Below are positions 40,413 through 51,195 of a stretch of 64,000 nucleotides of DNA, one piece after another. A program made the position numbers and the translations under genes. The notes beneath the pieces are model-generated. The model saw nothing but the letters and a program-made list of their open reading frames with translations. It made no database searches and had not been told where the DNA came from. Location: sequence record SRR31156797_760; one strand, written 5' to 3'. Within the stretch, counting starts at the first letter, position 1, and each line of letters begins with the position of its first letter.

Positions 40413-41156
40413 TTACATGTACATGCCGCCATTGACTCCCAACACCTGACCGGTGATATACCCGGCACCTGATGATGCCAGGAAGGAGACTGCGGCTGCG
40501 ATATCCTCGGACTGCCCGAGGGATTTTAACGGAATTTGTGCGAGCATGGCGTCAACGACCTTTTCAGGCAGTTCGGCGGTCATGTCTGTTTCGATGAAGC
40601 CGGGAGCCACGGCGTTGACAGTAATACCGCGTCCTGCCAATTCTCTGGCTGCGGATTTAGTCAAACCGATAAGTCCGGCCTTGGCAGCACAGTAGTTGGC
40701 CTGCCCGGCATTACCCATCTGGCCCACAATGCTGGTAATATTGACAATACGACCTCGACGTTGTTTGCCCATAATCTTGGACGCTTCCTTAAGAAAGACA
40801 AAACAACCGGTAAGGTTGATGTGAAGGACCTTGTCCCAATCATCATCCTTCATGCGCATCATCAAACCATCACGAGTAATACCCGCGTTGTTTACGAGTA
40901 CCTCTAGGGACACCTTGCCCTTGATTTCTTCTTTGAAGAATGTGGTCACGGCTTCACGGTCACCGGAGTCCAGTTGGAAGGCCTTGGCCTTGCCACCGTT
41001 CTTTTCGATACCGGCTACCACTTCTTCAGCGGATTCAGGACGGCTGACGTACGTCAGGTACACTTCGAATCCATCAGCGGCCAGCCTTTCGGCAACCGTA
41101 CGGCCTATGCCACGGGAACCGCCCGTTACCAGGGCGACTTTGCTTATATCGCTCAT
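40413..41156 (-). CDS. fabG: 3-oxoacyl-ACP reductase
   Basis: TGGSRGIG, NNAGITRD, YCAAK. Confidence 0.97.
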   Translation of the reverse strand: MSDISKVALVTGGSRGIGRTVAERLAADGFEVYLTYVSRPESAEEVVAGIEKNGGKAKAFQLDSGDREAVTTFFKEEIKGKVSLEVLVNNAGITRDGLMMRMKDDDWDKVLHINLTGCFVFLKEASKIMGKQRRGRIVNITSIVGQMGNAGQANYCAAKAGLIGLTKSAARELAGRGITVNAVAPGFIETDMTAELPEKVVDAMLAQIPLKSLGQSEDIAAAVSFLASSGAGYITGQVLGVNGGMYM

Positions 41157-41294
41157 CAATTGTCCTCGCGATGCTCGTGTTGGTCAGCACCCAATATACC
41201 AATTGGTGCCGGACTGCAAATTCCAACTCAGATTGTAACGTAAAAGTCTATTCACCATTTACATAGAAAAAGCAAATAAACAGCTGTTTTAATC

Positions 41295-42281
41295 CTAGAA
41301 TTGTATCAGGGCTGCACCCCAGGTAAAACCGCCGCCAAAGGTGGGGGTCAATACAAGGTCGCCCTTCTTAATAAATTCGGTCTTCACGGCCTCATCCAAT
41401 GCCACCGGCACGGATGCGGCAGAAGTGTTGCCGTATTTCTCGATATTAACGAAGACTCTCTCTTCCGGGATATTGAACCGACGACCAACGGCATCAATAA
41501 TGCGCATGTTCGCCTGATGCGTGATAAGCACATCCACGTCAGATTTTTCGAATCCGTTACGTTTGAGGATGGCTTCGCTTATGGAAGTCATGTTGCGAAC
41601 AGCGTGCTTGAACACTTCTCGGCCTTGAAATTCAACAAAATACTCTGGGCCGACAGTGTCGCCCAAAGCATAAGAATAAGCCGAACCGCCACCGTTGACA
41701 GTCAACAAGTCACCGAGGGCACCATCGGCTCCCAACATAATGTCCAACACACGGGGGCCATCAGCAATCTCGCCGCCGGTCAAAACCGCTGCGCCTGAAG
41801 CGTCTCCGAAAAGGACACAGGTTGCACGGTCTTCCCAATTCATTCTGCGCGAAAGGGTTTCACTGGAAACGACCAAGACTTTGCTCTCCGGCTCCAGGCA
41901 CAGATATCCGCGCGCGGATTGCAATGCGTAGAGAAAACCGGAACATGCGGCCTGTACATCAACACACATCTGCCCCTTGATGCCCAGCTTTTCCTGCAAA
42001 CGGCAGGCAGCAGAAGGGATCATGGAATCCGGAGTAAATGTGCCGCAAATAATATGAGTCAGTTCGGCAGGATCAATGCCTGCGTCGGCCAATGCTTTTT
42101 TGGACGATTCAAACGCCATGGAAGACGTTGTTTCACCTTCAGCAGCTATGTGCCGTTCCTTGATGCCTGTGCGGGTGGTTATCCACTCGTCAGTGGTATC
42201 GACGATTTTTTCGAGGTCAGCGTTGGTCAGGACACGCTCGGGGGCGTAACTGCCAAAGCCGCGTAGGATGAAGTTCATCAT
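41295..42281 (-). CDS. fabH: Beta-ketoacyl-ACP synthase III
   Basis: AACSGF, HQAN, GNTSAAS, FGGGFTWG. Confidence 0.97.
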   Translation of the reverse strand: MMNFILRGFGSYAPERVLTNADLEKIVDTTDEWITTRTGIKERHIAAEGETTSSMAFESSKKALADAGIDPAELTHIICGTFTPDSMIPSAACRLQEKLGIKGQMCVDVQAACSGFLYALQSARGYLCLEPESKVLVVSSETLSRRMNWEDRATCVLFGDASGAAVLTGGEIADGPRVLDIMLGADGALGDLLTVNGGGSAYSYALGDTVGPEYFVEFQGREVFKHAVRNMTSISEAILKRNGFEKSDVDVLITHQANMRIIDAVGRRFNIPEERVFVNIEKYGNTSAASVPVALDEAVKTEFIKKGDLVLTPTFGGGFTWGAALIQF

Positions 42282-42357
42282 GGGTTGGGTCTGTATGCCA
42301 ATGGGCAGGTGTGGTCAAGCGGTGCGAGATTTTGCACAACCTGATTTTTAAGGGATG

Positions 42358-43407
42358 CTATGCGGCGGTTTTGTCAGATTTTCCGGTCAGATCGGCATGT
42401 GCAGCCAACCCTTCAGCCAAGTGACCGTTGGCATTGTTGCGAACAGAAGTGGCAGCCATGCGAATGCAATTGATTATAGCCAATTCATTGGATTTACCAT
42501 GAGCAACGATCACAATATCCTTCAAGCCAAGTAACGGGGCGCCGCCATATTCAGCGTAGTCCACAACTTTCTTGAAACGCTTAAATGCACGAAACGACAA
42601 AAGCGTTCCAAGCTTGGACAGCCAGCTGGATTTCAGTTCGTCTTTAAGAATGTGACTCAATGAACGAGCCAACCCTTCAGACAACTTGAGGGCCACGTTA
42701 CCCACAAAACCATCGCAGACAACAACATCCACCTCACCGGTAAAGATGTCGCGACCTTCAACATTACCAATAAACCGGAGATCAGACTCGCGCAGCAAAT
42801 CAAAGGCCTCACGCACAGCGGCGTTGCCCTTTCCTTCTTCCTCGCCAATGGAAAGAATCCCCACAGAGGGGTCTTTCATCTCAAGGACATACCGAGCGAA
42901 GACATCGGCCATAAGACCAAACTGCGCTAAATGCTGAGGCTTGGAGTCCACATTGGCACCCACGTCAATGAGCACCACGGGATCCTTCTCCGTGGGCAGA
43001 ATGCCGGCAAGGGCCGGGCGCAAAACACCCTTGATACGGCCCAGTATAAACATACCGCAGGCCACGGAAGCGCCGGAATTACCAGCCGAGACCACGCCAT
43101 CGGCATCGCCCTTTTTCACCAGGCGGCAAGCCACCTGGATGGACGAATCCTTTTTGCGTCTCAAGGCATCAGCAGGCTTGTCATCCATCTCCACCACCTG
43201 CGAGGCGTGGACAACGGTAATGTCCAGCCCGGCGGTGTTTAGATCGGCAAGTTCGCGATTGATATGGTCTTCGTCACCGACAAGGGCAACAGCAATGCCT
43301 TCGCGTGCGGCTTCAACCGCAGCGGGCACGACAATACGGGGGCCGAAATCGCCCCCCATGGCATCCACGGCAATGCGTGGTGCCCGGGTAGCTTCAATGC
43401 TAGGCAT
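42358..43407 (-). CDS. plsX: Phosphate acyltransferase PlsX
   Basis: [27 protein letters not shown]. Confidence 0.97.
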   Translation of the reverse strand: MPSIEATRAPRIAVDAMGGDFGPRIVVPAAVEAAREGIAVALVGDEDHINRELADLNTAGLDITVVHASQVVEMDDKPADALRRKKDSSIQVACRLVKKGDADGVVSAGNSGASVACGMFILGRIKGVLRPALAGILPTEKDPVVLIDVGANVDSKPQHLAQFGLMADVFARYVLEMKDPSVGILSIGEEEGKGNAAVREAFDLLRESDLRFIGNVEGRDIFTGEVDVVVCDGFVGNVALKLSEGLARSLSHILKDELKSSWLSKLGTLLSFRAFKRFKKVVDYAEYGGAPLLGLKDIVIVAHGKSNELAIINCIRMAATSVRNNANGHLAEGLAAHADLTGKSDKTAA

Positions 43408-43579
43408 CGTCGCTGCTGACTACCTGACGCCCTTTGTAGGTGCCGCAAACGGCGCAAGCGCGATGGGGCAGAGTGGGCTCGCCGCATTCGCAGTAAATAA
43501 CATTGGGAGCTGCAACCTTGTCGTGGGAGCGGCGCATGCCCTTACGGGACTTGGATGTCTTTTTCTTGGGGACTGCCAT
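43400..43579 (-). CDS. rpmF: 50S ribosomal protein L32 (Cys-containing type)
   Basis: [37 protein letters not shown] translated by hand; 59 aa, below the ORF-track cutoff. Confidence 0.95.
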   Translation of the reverse strand: MAVPKKKTSKSRKGMRRSHDKVAAPNVIYCECGEPTLPHRACAVCGTYKGRQVVSSDDA

Positions 43580-43652
43580 GATGTATACCTCTTACTATTT
43601 ATTTTTGGTCTTCTCCTCACCGTGGACAGCAGAGCTATCCGGGCAAGGGGCG

Positions 43653-44171
43653 TTACTTTATCTTCAAGTTGCGGAAAACTGCAAGTCTTTCGTCACCCTC
43701 TTCCTGCTCACATTCGCATTCAGAGGTATTCAAGTCCTTGCCGCACCCGGAACATATACCCTTGCATTCTTCCGAGCACAATGGCTTGAAAGGCAGGGCC
43801 AAGGCGAATTCTTCCCACAGCACAGCGCCGAGATCGAGTTGCAACTGGCCGTTTTCCATACGGACACGCGGCACTTCGTCATACTCTTCATCCGGAATCT
43901 GCTCAAAAGTGTCATAAGTGACATCAATGGGAAATTCAAAAAGCCCTGCACATCGATCACAGGTAACATTCACAGAACCTTTGAGCGTTCCACGAATAAG
44001 CACACCATTATCGGATTGTGGCAAAAGGGAATATTCCGCCACCAAATCCTTACCCGGTTTAACGGGCATGGTGAACTCTTTCCACCCATCACGCCAGAGC
44101 GTCTGGTCGTCATAGGTAAAGTCTCTGCCATCGGCAGCAATATCACTGATCGGAATCCATAATTCAAACAT
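43653..44171 (-). CDS. yceD: YceD/DUF177 family protein
   Basis: CDRC, LCSEECKGICSGCG, DERLAVFRNL; upstream of rpmF. Confidence 0.9.
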   Translation of the reverse strand: MFELWIPISDIAADGRDFTYDDQTLWRDGWKEFTMPVKPGKDLVAEYSLLPQSDNGVLIRGTLKGSVNVTCDRCAGLFEFPIDVTYDTFEQIPDEEYDEVPRVRMENGQLQLDLGAVLWEEFALALPFKPLCSEECKGICSGCGKDLNTSECECEQEEGDERLAVFRNLKIK

Positions 44172-44380
44172 AGTATTCTCCGTCCGCGAGCATTATGGCC
44201 CGCTGGACAACCGGTGCTTCCTATATGGTAACAAATTCTCCTGTCAAGAAAAAAAACTCTTGCCATTTCACAAAAGGCTCGGTAATGAATCACTCCCGCT
44301 GCTTGGGGAAGCTACCAACTCCAAGCTATGATTAAAAAGCTAAATTGAACTATTTCATTTGAATACATTAGGAGGTCGCA

Positions 44381-44596
44381 ATGTCCCAGGTTTGCGATAT
44401 TTGTGGAAAAGGCCCTCAGAGCGGCAACAATGTCAGCCACTCCCACATCAAGACCAAGCGCCGTTTCATGCCCAACTTGCAGAAGGTTCGTCATCAGCTC
44501 GAATCCGGTCAGGTTGTCAGCATCAAGGCCTGTACTCGCTGCATCCGTAACGGTGCCGTGGTCAAGCCCGTCGCTCGCAAAAAAACTGACGCGTAA
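44381..44596 (+). CDS. rpmB: 50S ribosomal protein L28
   Basis: [27 protein letters not shown]. Confidence 0.97.
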   Translation: MSQVCDICGKGPQSGNNVSHSHIKTKRRFMPNLQKVRHQLESGQVVSIKACTRCIRNGAVVKPVARKKTDA

Positions 44597-44627
44597 GTCC
44601 GTTTAGATTTTCAGCTACAAAAGCTAT

Positions 44628-44660
44628 GCTGCCACCGATTCCTTCGGTGGCAGCTTTTTT
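44628..44660 (+). terminator. Terminator after rpmB
   Basis: GCTGCCACCGA/TCGGTGGCAGC plus T6. Confidence 0.9.
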
Positions 44661-44857
44661 GCGTCTTGTAAATATGGCACAAGCTTCCTCCTGTCTCAAT
44701 TCCAAAACATACTATAAAAACTCATCCCCTTGATACCTTTCAGTCCCCCTGTTATTTTCTCATAGGTTACATTCTCCGCCTTCTGTACGGCGACAGGTAT
44801 TCTTTTTGAAATACTTGGACAAAAAAAGAATTATTGACTTTTGAATTGAGGATATCA

Positions 44858-45724
44858 ATGCGACAACGATTTATAGTCTTACTACTCGTTATTGTCTGCA
44901 TGGGGACAAACGCATACTCGATGGACCACATCAAGCTGTCTCCTGACTTCAAATCTGATTGCTATATTTACGCGTTGTTGGAAAAAGCACTTGAAGTAAC
45001 AAAAAGGACCGATGGCCCATTCACCATTTCTCAGGCCCCTCTCGGAATGAAAAGAAACCGAGCTTTGCACGAACTGATTGAAGGTTCCAACATCAATATA
45101 CACATAGCTGCAACAAGAAGAGAATGGGAATCGAAAACACTTCCCATCCGCATCCCCATCATAAAAGGACTTTTAGGATATCGTCTTTTCCTCATTAATA
45201 AAAAGGATGCTCGCCTTTTTAAAAATATTGAAAATATTGAAATATTGAAAAAACTCAGAGCAGGGTCAGGACAACAATGGACCACAACCGCAGTTCTCCT
45301 AGACGCTGGCTTCACAGTTATTACCGGATCAGATTATGAGGGGCTTTTCGGCATGCTCGAAGCAAACCGATTTGACTATTTTCCACGCGGAATCAATGAA
45401 ATCTATTTTGAACTGGAAGCACAAAAACAAAAACACCCCGATTTGGACATCGACTCAGCATTGGCTCTTTACTTCCCCACTCCAAGCTATTTTTTCATAT
45501 CCCCTCAACATCCACATTTGGCTGATCGAATCCAACGGGGACTGGAAATTCTCATTCAAACAGGCGAATTCGACACAATGTTCAATAAAGAATTTGCCAC
45601 ATCCATATCGCGTGCAAAGTTGAACAGTCGAAAATTATTCATAATCGAAAATCCTTTTTTGACCGATAAAACTCCTTTTGATCGACCAGAACTCTGGTTT
45701 TCCCCTGATGTTTCGTCCCAGTAA
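44858..45724 (+). CDS. Periplasmic solute-binding-fold protein (orphan)
   Basis: Signal peptide; PIIKGLLGYR, LFGMLEANRFDYFPRG and LADRIQRGL motifs; AT-rich. Confidence 0.75.
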   Translation: MRQRFIVLLLVIVCMGTNAYSMDHIKLSPDFKSDCYIYALLEKALEVTKRTDGPFTISQAPLGMKRNRALHELIEGSNINIHIAATRREWESKTLPIRIPIIKGLLGYRLFLINKKDARLFKNIENIEILKKLRAGSGQQWTTTAVLLDAGFTVITGSDYEGLFGMLEANRFDYFPRGINEIYFELEAQKQKHPDLDIDSALALYFPTPSYFFISPQHPHLADRIQRGLEILIQTGEFDTMFNKEFATSISRAKLNSRKLFIIENPFLTDKTPFDRPELWFSPDVSSQ

Positions 45725-45774
45725 AGGGTCAACAACAAAACCATTTCTTCCCTTAGAATCGCCACCGATCCTTC

Positions 45775-45823
45775 TGTGCAAAAATCAGCGCACAAGGAGT
45801 GCACAGACATGCACTCCTGCACA
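45775..45823. promoter_or_regulatory. Candidate sigma54 activator (bEBP) binding sites
   Basis: GGAGTGCA-cagaca-TGCACTCC palindrome (core 45799-45814) plus extra TGTGCA/TGCACA half-sites. Confidence 0.65.
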
Positions 45824-45875
45824 TTTCACATTTTATCAATTTTCTTAACACACTACTATACCTCAACATTAATCT

Positions 45876-45891
45876 TGGCACGCCTCCTGCT
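45876..45891 (+). promoter_or_regulatory. Sigma54 -24/-12 promoter
   Basis: TGGCACGCCTCCTGCT closely matches the TGGCAC-N5-TTGC consensus with correct GG/GC spacing. Confidence 0.8.
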
Positions 45892-45925
45892 ACTCTTCAG
45901 TAAAAGCACGAGCGAGGTAACACAT

Positions 45926-46204
45926 ATGGAATTTTTTAATACAATAGGTAATTGGTGTGGTGGGCCTGCCTTCTGGCAGGGTAGCGGTCACGGAATGGGC
46001 GGATGGATGCCCTTCCATTTTGGCGGCATATTCCAACTCATCATTATCGGACTCATCATATATTTTACGGTCCGCATGTTTCGAAAACCCGCCACGAATG
46101 GCGGACCGGGCAGAGCTGAAGACATTCTCAAGCGCAGGTACGCAGCCGGAGAAATCGACACACAAACCTATGAAGCCATGAAAAAGGATTTACAAAATAT
46201 TTAG
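45926..46204 (+). CDS. SHOCT-domain small membrane protein
   Basis: GAGG SD; Gly/Met/His-rich N-terminus, one TM, ILKRRYAAGEIDTQTYE. Confidence 0.85.
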   Translation: MEFFNTIGNWCGGPAFWQGSGHGMGGWMPFHFGGIFQLIIIGLIIYFTVRMFRKPATNGGPGRAEDILKRRYAAGEIDTQTYEAMKKDLQNI

Positions 46205-46332
46205 CGATTGAACAACCACCTCCCCATGACAAAGCCCCCGCCGAATCTCTTCCGGCGGGGGCTTCCTCTATACGATTACAGGACTCTCCCTCACGCTATA
46301 AAGTCTGAGAGAGAGCTGGCTGACATACAGTT

Positions 46333-47730
46333 TTACAGTTCAATAGCTCGCTTCATACGGGCCAAGGTCTGCTCTTTGCCAAGCACGATCATGGTCTCGA
46401 ACAACCCGGGGGACTGGGTTTTGCCCATGATTGCCACACGAATGGGCTGAGCAATGATCTTGAACTTGATGTCCTTATCTTCAAGGAACTGACGATGCAC
46501 ATCCTCCAGAGACTTTTCGGTGAATTCGTCGAGGGCTTCAATACGCTCAGCGATCTCTTCCAGCAAAGGTTTGGTCTCTTCGGTAAGAAATTTCTTCACA
46601 GCCTTCTCATCGTACGGCAGGAAACTCGCATCCACGATAAACGGACGGGATTGTTCCAGCATGTCCACGATAGATTTGGCACGTGGTTGAAGCAACGGCG
46701 CGACCTTGGCAAAATCGGCCTTGAATACACTGGCTGCCTCTTCCTCTCCCACTTCACGGGTCAGGAAGTCACACAACATTTCAGCCAAACGCTCGGGGTC
46801 GGCCTTCTGCATGTACTGACCGTTCACCCATTCGAACTTGGTCAGATCGAACACGGACGGCGAGTTGCCCAAATGGTCAGGGGAAAACAATTCCACCATT
46901 TCATCCATGGTAAACAACTCCTGATCACCATGGGACCAACCAAGGCGAGCAAGATAGTTAGTCACGGCTTCAGGCAGGTAGCCCATCTTCTCGTATTCCA
47001 TGACCGAAAGTGCACCGTGACGCTTTGAAAGTTTTTTCTTATCCGGGCCAAGAATCATGGGAACATGACCGAACTGCGGCACATCCCATCCCATAGCGCG
47101 ATAAATCAAAATCTGACGAGGGGTGTTATTCACATGGTCATCACCACGCATAACGTGGTTCACGCCCATATCGTGATCATCAACCACAACAGCCAAATTG
47201 TAAGTCGGAGTTCCATCGGAACGACGCAAAATCATGTCGTCCATTTCAATATTTTCGACATTGATCGGCCCTTTGACCATATCCGTAAAGCCGGTGGCCC
47301 CTTCCTGTGGCGTCTTGAGACGAACCACACCCTCGGTCAGCCCTTTCTCTCGACAGGTGCCGTCATATTTGGGCTTACGGCCTTCTTTCATGGCCTTTTC
47401 ACGCATGGCGTCCACATCTTCCTTGGAACACTGACAGTAATAGGCATGACCGTTTGCGATGAGCTGATCAATGACCTCGTTATGCCGATCAGCACGGGTG
47501 GACTGAAACACAATCTCGCCGTCATGCTCAAGACCAAGCCATTTCATAGAATCAATGATGGCGTCCGTAGCTTCCTGCGTGGACCGTTCACGGTCCGTAT
47601 CCTCGATACGCAAACGGAATTCACCGCCTGTAGCACGAGCCAGAAGCCAGGAAAACAGTGCGGTACGAGCACCGCCAATATGCAAATACCCAGTCGGGCT
47701 GGGTGCAAAACGAGAAACGATCTTGGTCAT
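46333..47730 (-). CDS. gltX: Glutamate--tRNA ligase
   Basis: RFAPSPTG, HIGG, KLSKR; GGAGG SD before ATG 47730. Confidence 0.97.
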   Translation of the reverse strand: MTKIVSRFAPSPTGYLHIGGARTALFSWLLARATGGEFRLRIEDTDRERSTQEATDAIIDSMKWLGLEHDGEIVFQSTRADRHNEVIDQLIANGHAYYCQCSKEDVDAMREKAMKEGRKPKYDGTCREKGLTEGVVRLKTPQEGATGFTDMVKGPINVENIEMDDMILRRSDGTPTYNLAVVVDDHDMGVNHVMRGDDHVNNTPRQILIYRAMGWDVPQFGHVPMILGPDKKKLSKRHGALSVMEYEKMGYLPEAVTNYLARLGWSHGDQELFTMDEMVELFSPDHLGNSPSVFDLTKFEWVNGQYMQKADPERLAEMLCDFLTREVGEEEAASVFKADFAKVAPLLQPRAKSIVDMLEQSRPFIVDASFLPYDEKAVKKFLTEETKPLLEEIAERIEALDEFTEKSLEDVHRQFLEDKDIKFKIIAQPIRVAIMGKTQSPGLFETMIVLGKEQTLARMKRAIEL

Positions 47731-47964
47731 GATGGGATGCCTCCGGCGGCTCAAAAACCTTTTGCAAAAGATTCCCGAGCATCTCCAAAATTTTGTATTG
47801 CGCTTCGCAAGGGTGTGCAAACGCGATGGTTACTTCAATAAATATCTCAATGCCCCGAACATACGGGAAGACGGACTACTTCAAGTTACCCACGGTAGAA
47901 TGGCTACAATGCGGATAATTTCAACCAATCCAACGATGCAGATGCATCGCTATCGAAAGCCGGG

Positions 47965-48186
47965 TTATACCGCCTCGACAGCTTTAACTTCGGGTATCTC
48001 TTTGAGAACAATACGTTCGATACCATTTCTCAGAGTCATCTGGGACATGGGGCATCCTTTACAGGCTCCGGTGAGCCGTACTTGGACCACACCGGAATCG
48101 GTGATATCCACCAATTCCACGTCACCACCATCTGACTGCAACATGGGCCGGACTTTATCGAGAACAGCTTCAACTCTTTCACGCAT
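47965..48186 (-). CDS. NifU/NfuA-like small Fe-S scaffold domain protein
   Basis: VRPMLQSDGGDVEL, GACKGCP. Confidence 0.9.
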   Translation of the reverse strand: MRERVEAVLDKVRPMLQSDGGDVELVDITDSGVVQVRLTGACKGCPMSQMTLRNGIERIVLKEIPEVKAVEAV

Positions 48187-48289
48187 GATATATATCTCCG
48201 TCAATGTGTATTCGGACGTTGAGAAGTAAGGCTTTGAACCGAACCTGTCAATTGGACCGGTGCAACACCGTCTGTTTTCGAGCGCCCTG

Positions 48290-49357
48290 CTATTGTTTGA
48301 TCAAAACCTGAAAAGCTTCTTCCAATTCTTCATCCAAATCCTCGACCATTTCATCGATACGATCCGGCGTCAGCCCCATGGAAGCCCATATCTCCATATT
48401 CGGCGGCTGAACAAAAAACTCACCACTGGAGCCGATACCGAGGCCAGTGGCAATAGTTTCAGCGCAATGCACGAGTGCAGGTTCTGCCTCTTTCTGACCC
48501 AGCTTGGGATGATGATGCTCCAGCACTGCGGCCACAAGAACGAACGGGAAATTCCACTTTCTCAATAACATGCCGCCCAAGGTCGCATGATCAAAACCAA
48601 GCAAATTTTTCTCTTCGGCAAACAGAAGAGTATCCTTATCCCGTGCATGGGCATGTACAGCTGCAACTCTTTCCGGCTCAGCCTGCAACATGATCAACTG
48701 GCCAATGTCGTGCAGCAATCCCGACACAAATGCCCGCTCCGGGTCACCTTGACCGGTAATACGGCATAACCGTCTGGCAATCAGTCCACAGGCCACTGAA
48801 TGTTTCCAGAACTGCTCCATATCAAGCACTTCTTCGGGAATATCCTTGAACAGACTTATGACCGAAGTGCCCACTGCCAAAGTGGAAAGTTGGTTTACGC
48901 CAACAACCGTAACCGCACGGGAAATAGTATCGATCTGCATGGGCAAACTGTAAAATGCAGAGTTGACCATACGCAAAAGAAAGGCCGTCAATCCGGGGTC
49001 CTGACTGATTATTTCGGCCAAATCGTCCGCCGAGGTAGATTCACTGGAAATAGCCTGTTGCAATTCCAGAAACACCTGAGGCAAAGCTGGAAGTTGATGA
49101 TCCTGACGCAAAATATCCAACGGGTCCAGCGGGGAGACATCAGGTATCACCCTGTCAGACTCAACAGATGCGTATCTTTCAGGACTGGCCGTCATGTCTC
49201 GGGCAACGTGGGTCGCACCGATCCATGCCAGTCTTTTCATGGATTCATCGGGTTTCTTGATATATTTGTATCGCTTGACAAGCAGCGCCTTCGCGGCCTC
49301 AAGCATTTCCGGTGCGATATCATCTCCATTGCCATTATAGACGGTGTCGTCTGCCAT
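48290..49357 (-). CDS. HDOD domain protein
   Basis: LPALP, DPGLTAFLLRMVNSAFY, FWKHS, GLLHDIG, GFDHA. Confidence 0.9.
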   Translation of the reverse strand: MADDTVYNGNGDDIAPEMLEAAKALLVKRYKYIKKPDESMKRLAWIGATHVARDMTASPERYASVESDRVIPDVSPLDPLDILRQDHQLPALPQVFLELQQAISSESTSADDLAEIISQDPGLTAFLLRMVNSAFYSLPMQIDTISRAVTVVGVNQLSTLAVGTSVISLFKDIPEEVLDMEQFWKHSVACGLIARRLCRITGQGDPERAFVSGLLHDIGQLIMLQAEPERVAAVHAHARDKDTLLFAEEKNLLGFDHATLGGMLLRKWNFPFVLVAAVLEHHHPKLGQKEAEPALVHCAETIATGLGIGSSGEFFVQPPNMEIWASMGLTPDRIDEMVEDLDEELEEAFQVLIKQ

Positions 49358-49478
49358 AAATCATTCCTCAGGTTTTATGAAGCGAGCCGAGTATTAACCC
49401 TAAAAGAAAAACCCGGGAAGAAAAAGCGGTTTATATTATATGATCATATGATGAGGTGATAGGGAGATACTTCCTCTC

Positions 49479-50720
49479 TTACAATAATTGAAAATTGTAC
49501 TGGAATCTCAAACGCACCTGATAACCATCCCGGCCACCGAGGTCTTCGTCTGCATCCTGATAAGACCAACGATTAAGAATGGATAACCCCTCTAAGTCAC
49601 CGTCAAACGCATACCCCAAATTCAAATTATATTCATTTCGATCAAAGGACGCATTGTCGCCGGAATCCGGCGTGTCACCAAAACCAGTCTTGATATTGGC
49701 AGTAAATCCATCGGCACCCAGCCGACTGAAATCGTAGGCAGCTCCCAGATATAAAGCTTTTTCACCAGCCCGGTTAAACGCGTAACTCATCAGATTGTTG
49801 AAAAAAGGATAGTTACCCCATGAATTACGAATACCGGCCGAGTTACCGACAACAGTTCCACCCACGTCAAAGGTAAAACCGCTGAAGGTGATGCCACCCT
49901 TAAGCCCACCTTCGGCCGTGCCATATCCCCCGGCCCGTTCATCACCGACACTGCGTTGATCAACACCCTGAAACAACACGGTAAAGCCAACGCCTTTGGG
50001 GTCGCCAAAGGCATACCCTGCCTGAGTAAAAAACGTATTATCCAAATCAGGCGCATAGTAGTTCCAGAATCTCAACGGGAATTTTTCGACGGGGGTCCAG
50101 TCCGCACCAGCCATCAAAACGCCACCGTCCGTTCCGTCCAAACCAGCCATGTCAGACATGGATTTGAAGAGTTCGGTGTCCCGCGCCTTTTCCTTGTCCA
50201 CCCAGTACAGACTCCAGGTCAGATTTTCGACATCGCCTGATTTGATGCCATAGGCCTCATAGGTCTGGGGGATCATGCGACTGTCGTTACTGTTAATAAA
50301 CGGAGTTTCAAGACGTTGCCGCCACAACCGCATTTCAGTCTGGGAATACCGGGCTTTAAAATATGCTTCGCCGAGCACGGCAAACCCTTCATTGTTGCTG
50401 GTCAACAGTCCGGTACCGCCCTCATCCGCCTGATTCAATTCGCCGGACAACGGAGCTGTGCCATATACGGCAGCACCAAAACCAAACATATCGGCCAGCC
50501 ACGGGGTTTCGTATTTAAGAAAGCCACCCAAGGCCAATGACTCTTTGATATTGTCAAAATCATCACCCGTGGTTTTATTGCGCTGAGTAAAATAATACAT
50601 CCGAGCCTGACCGGTCACAGTGCCATATTTCGACACGGTCTTTTCCGCGGCCAATACGGGAAATGAAAACAGAATGAGACACAGAACCATAAGGAAGATA
50701 CAGACTTTATTATTTCTCAT
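49479..50720 (-). CDS. OprD-family outer membrane porin
   Basis: Signal peptide; RQRLETPF, DSRMIPQTYEA, amphipathic beta-strands, C-terminal RFQYNF. Confidence 0.75.
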   Translation of the reverse strand: MRNNKVCIFLMVLCLILFSFPVLAAEKTVSKYGTVTGQARMYYFTQRNKTTGDDFDNIKESLALGGFLKYETPWLADMFGFGAAVYGTAPLSGELNQADEGGTGLLTSNNEGFAVLGEAYFKARYSQTEMRLWRQRLETPFINSNDSRMIPQTYEAYGIKSGDVENLTWSLYWVDKEKARDTELFKSMSDMAGLDGTDGGVLMAGADWTPVEKFPLRFWNYYAPDLDNTFFTQAGYAFGDPKGVGFTVLFQGVDQRSVGDERAGGYGTAEGGLKGGITFSGFTFDVGGTVVGNSAGIRNSWGNYPFFNNLMSYAFNRAGEKALYLGAAYDFSRLGADGFTANIKTGFGDTPDSGDNASFDRNEYNLNLGYAFDGDLEGLSILNRWSYQDADEDLGGRDGYQVRLRFQYNFQLL

Positions 50721-50768
50721 GATAACTCCAAAATTTGCTGGACACAGTACAAGCAATCCCATTCGAAA

Positions 50769-51185
50769 CTATTGCCGTTTCAAGACAAAAGAATAACTGC
50801 CGCCGCACGCGAAAACGCCGTCGCTCCACTGCCATAAAGTCTTCCCCGTTGCAGATTGATTATTTTCAAACGTTATGTCCACAATTTCGGTAAGATATCC
50901 ACCGTCTTTCATATATGTCGCCCGCAGATGTGCCTTGTTCGGCATATCCGGCAGAAACTTACCCACATACCGAACATGAGGTCTCTGCGGCACAATAATG
51001 ATAGACTTTTCACCTTTGAGAATCTCAATGGTATAATTCCCGACAGGGTCCCAACCGAGGTCTTCACACTGAGTCTCGGCACTCGTGACATCAGCCAACC
51101 ATTTGCCACTCAGGTCCTCGGCAAATGCTCCGTTGGCAATCAAAAGAAGAGTAAAAACACATATGAGAATATTTAATTTTTTCAT
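50769..51185 (-). CDS. Exported hypothetical protein with two Cys
   Basis: AAGGAG SD, signal peptide, DLSGKW; beta-rich. Confidence 0.7.
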   Translation of the reverse strand: MKKLNILICVFTLLLIANGAFAEDLSGKWLADVTSAETQCEDLGWDPVGNYTIEILKGEKSIIIVPQRPHVRYVGKFLPDMPNKAHLRATYMKDGGYLTEIVDITFENNQSATGKTLWQWSDGVFACGGSYSFVLKRQ

Positions 51186-51195
51186 GTTTTTCTCC

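Noticed and set aside
45775-45823. TGCACA repeats here and at 59431-59478 as a mini-CRISPR or tandem repeat
   Set aside because: Units are 5-6 nt with no spacers or cas genes; position relative to sigma54 promoters fits activator sites.
47731-47964. Possible tRNA or ncRNA between gltX and the NifU-like gene
   Set aside because: No cloverleaf or convincing stable structure seen; probably promoter region.
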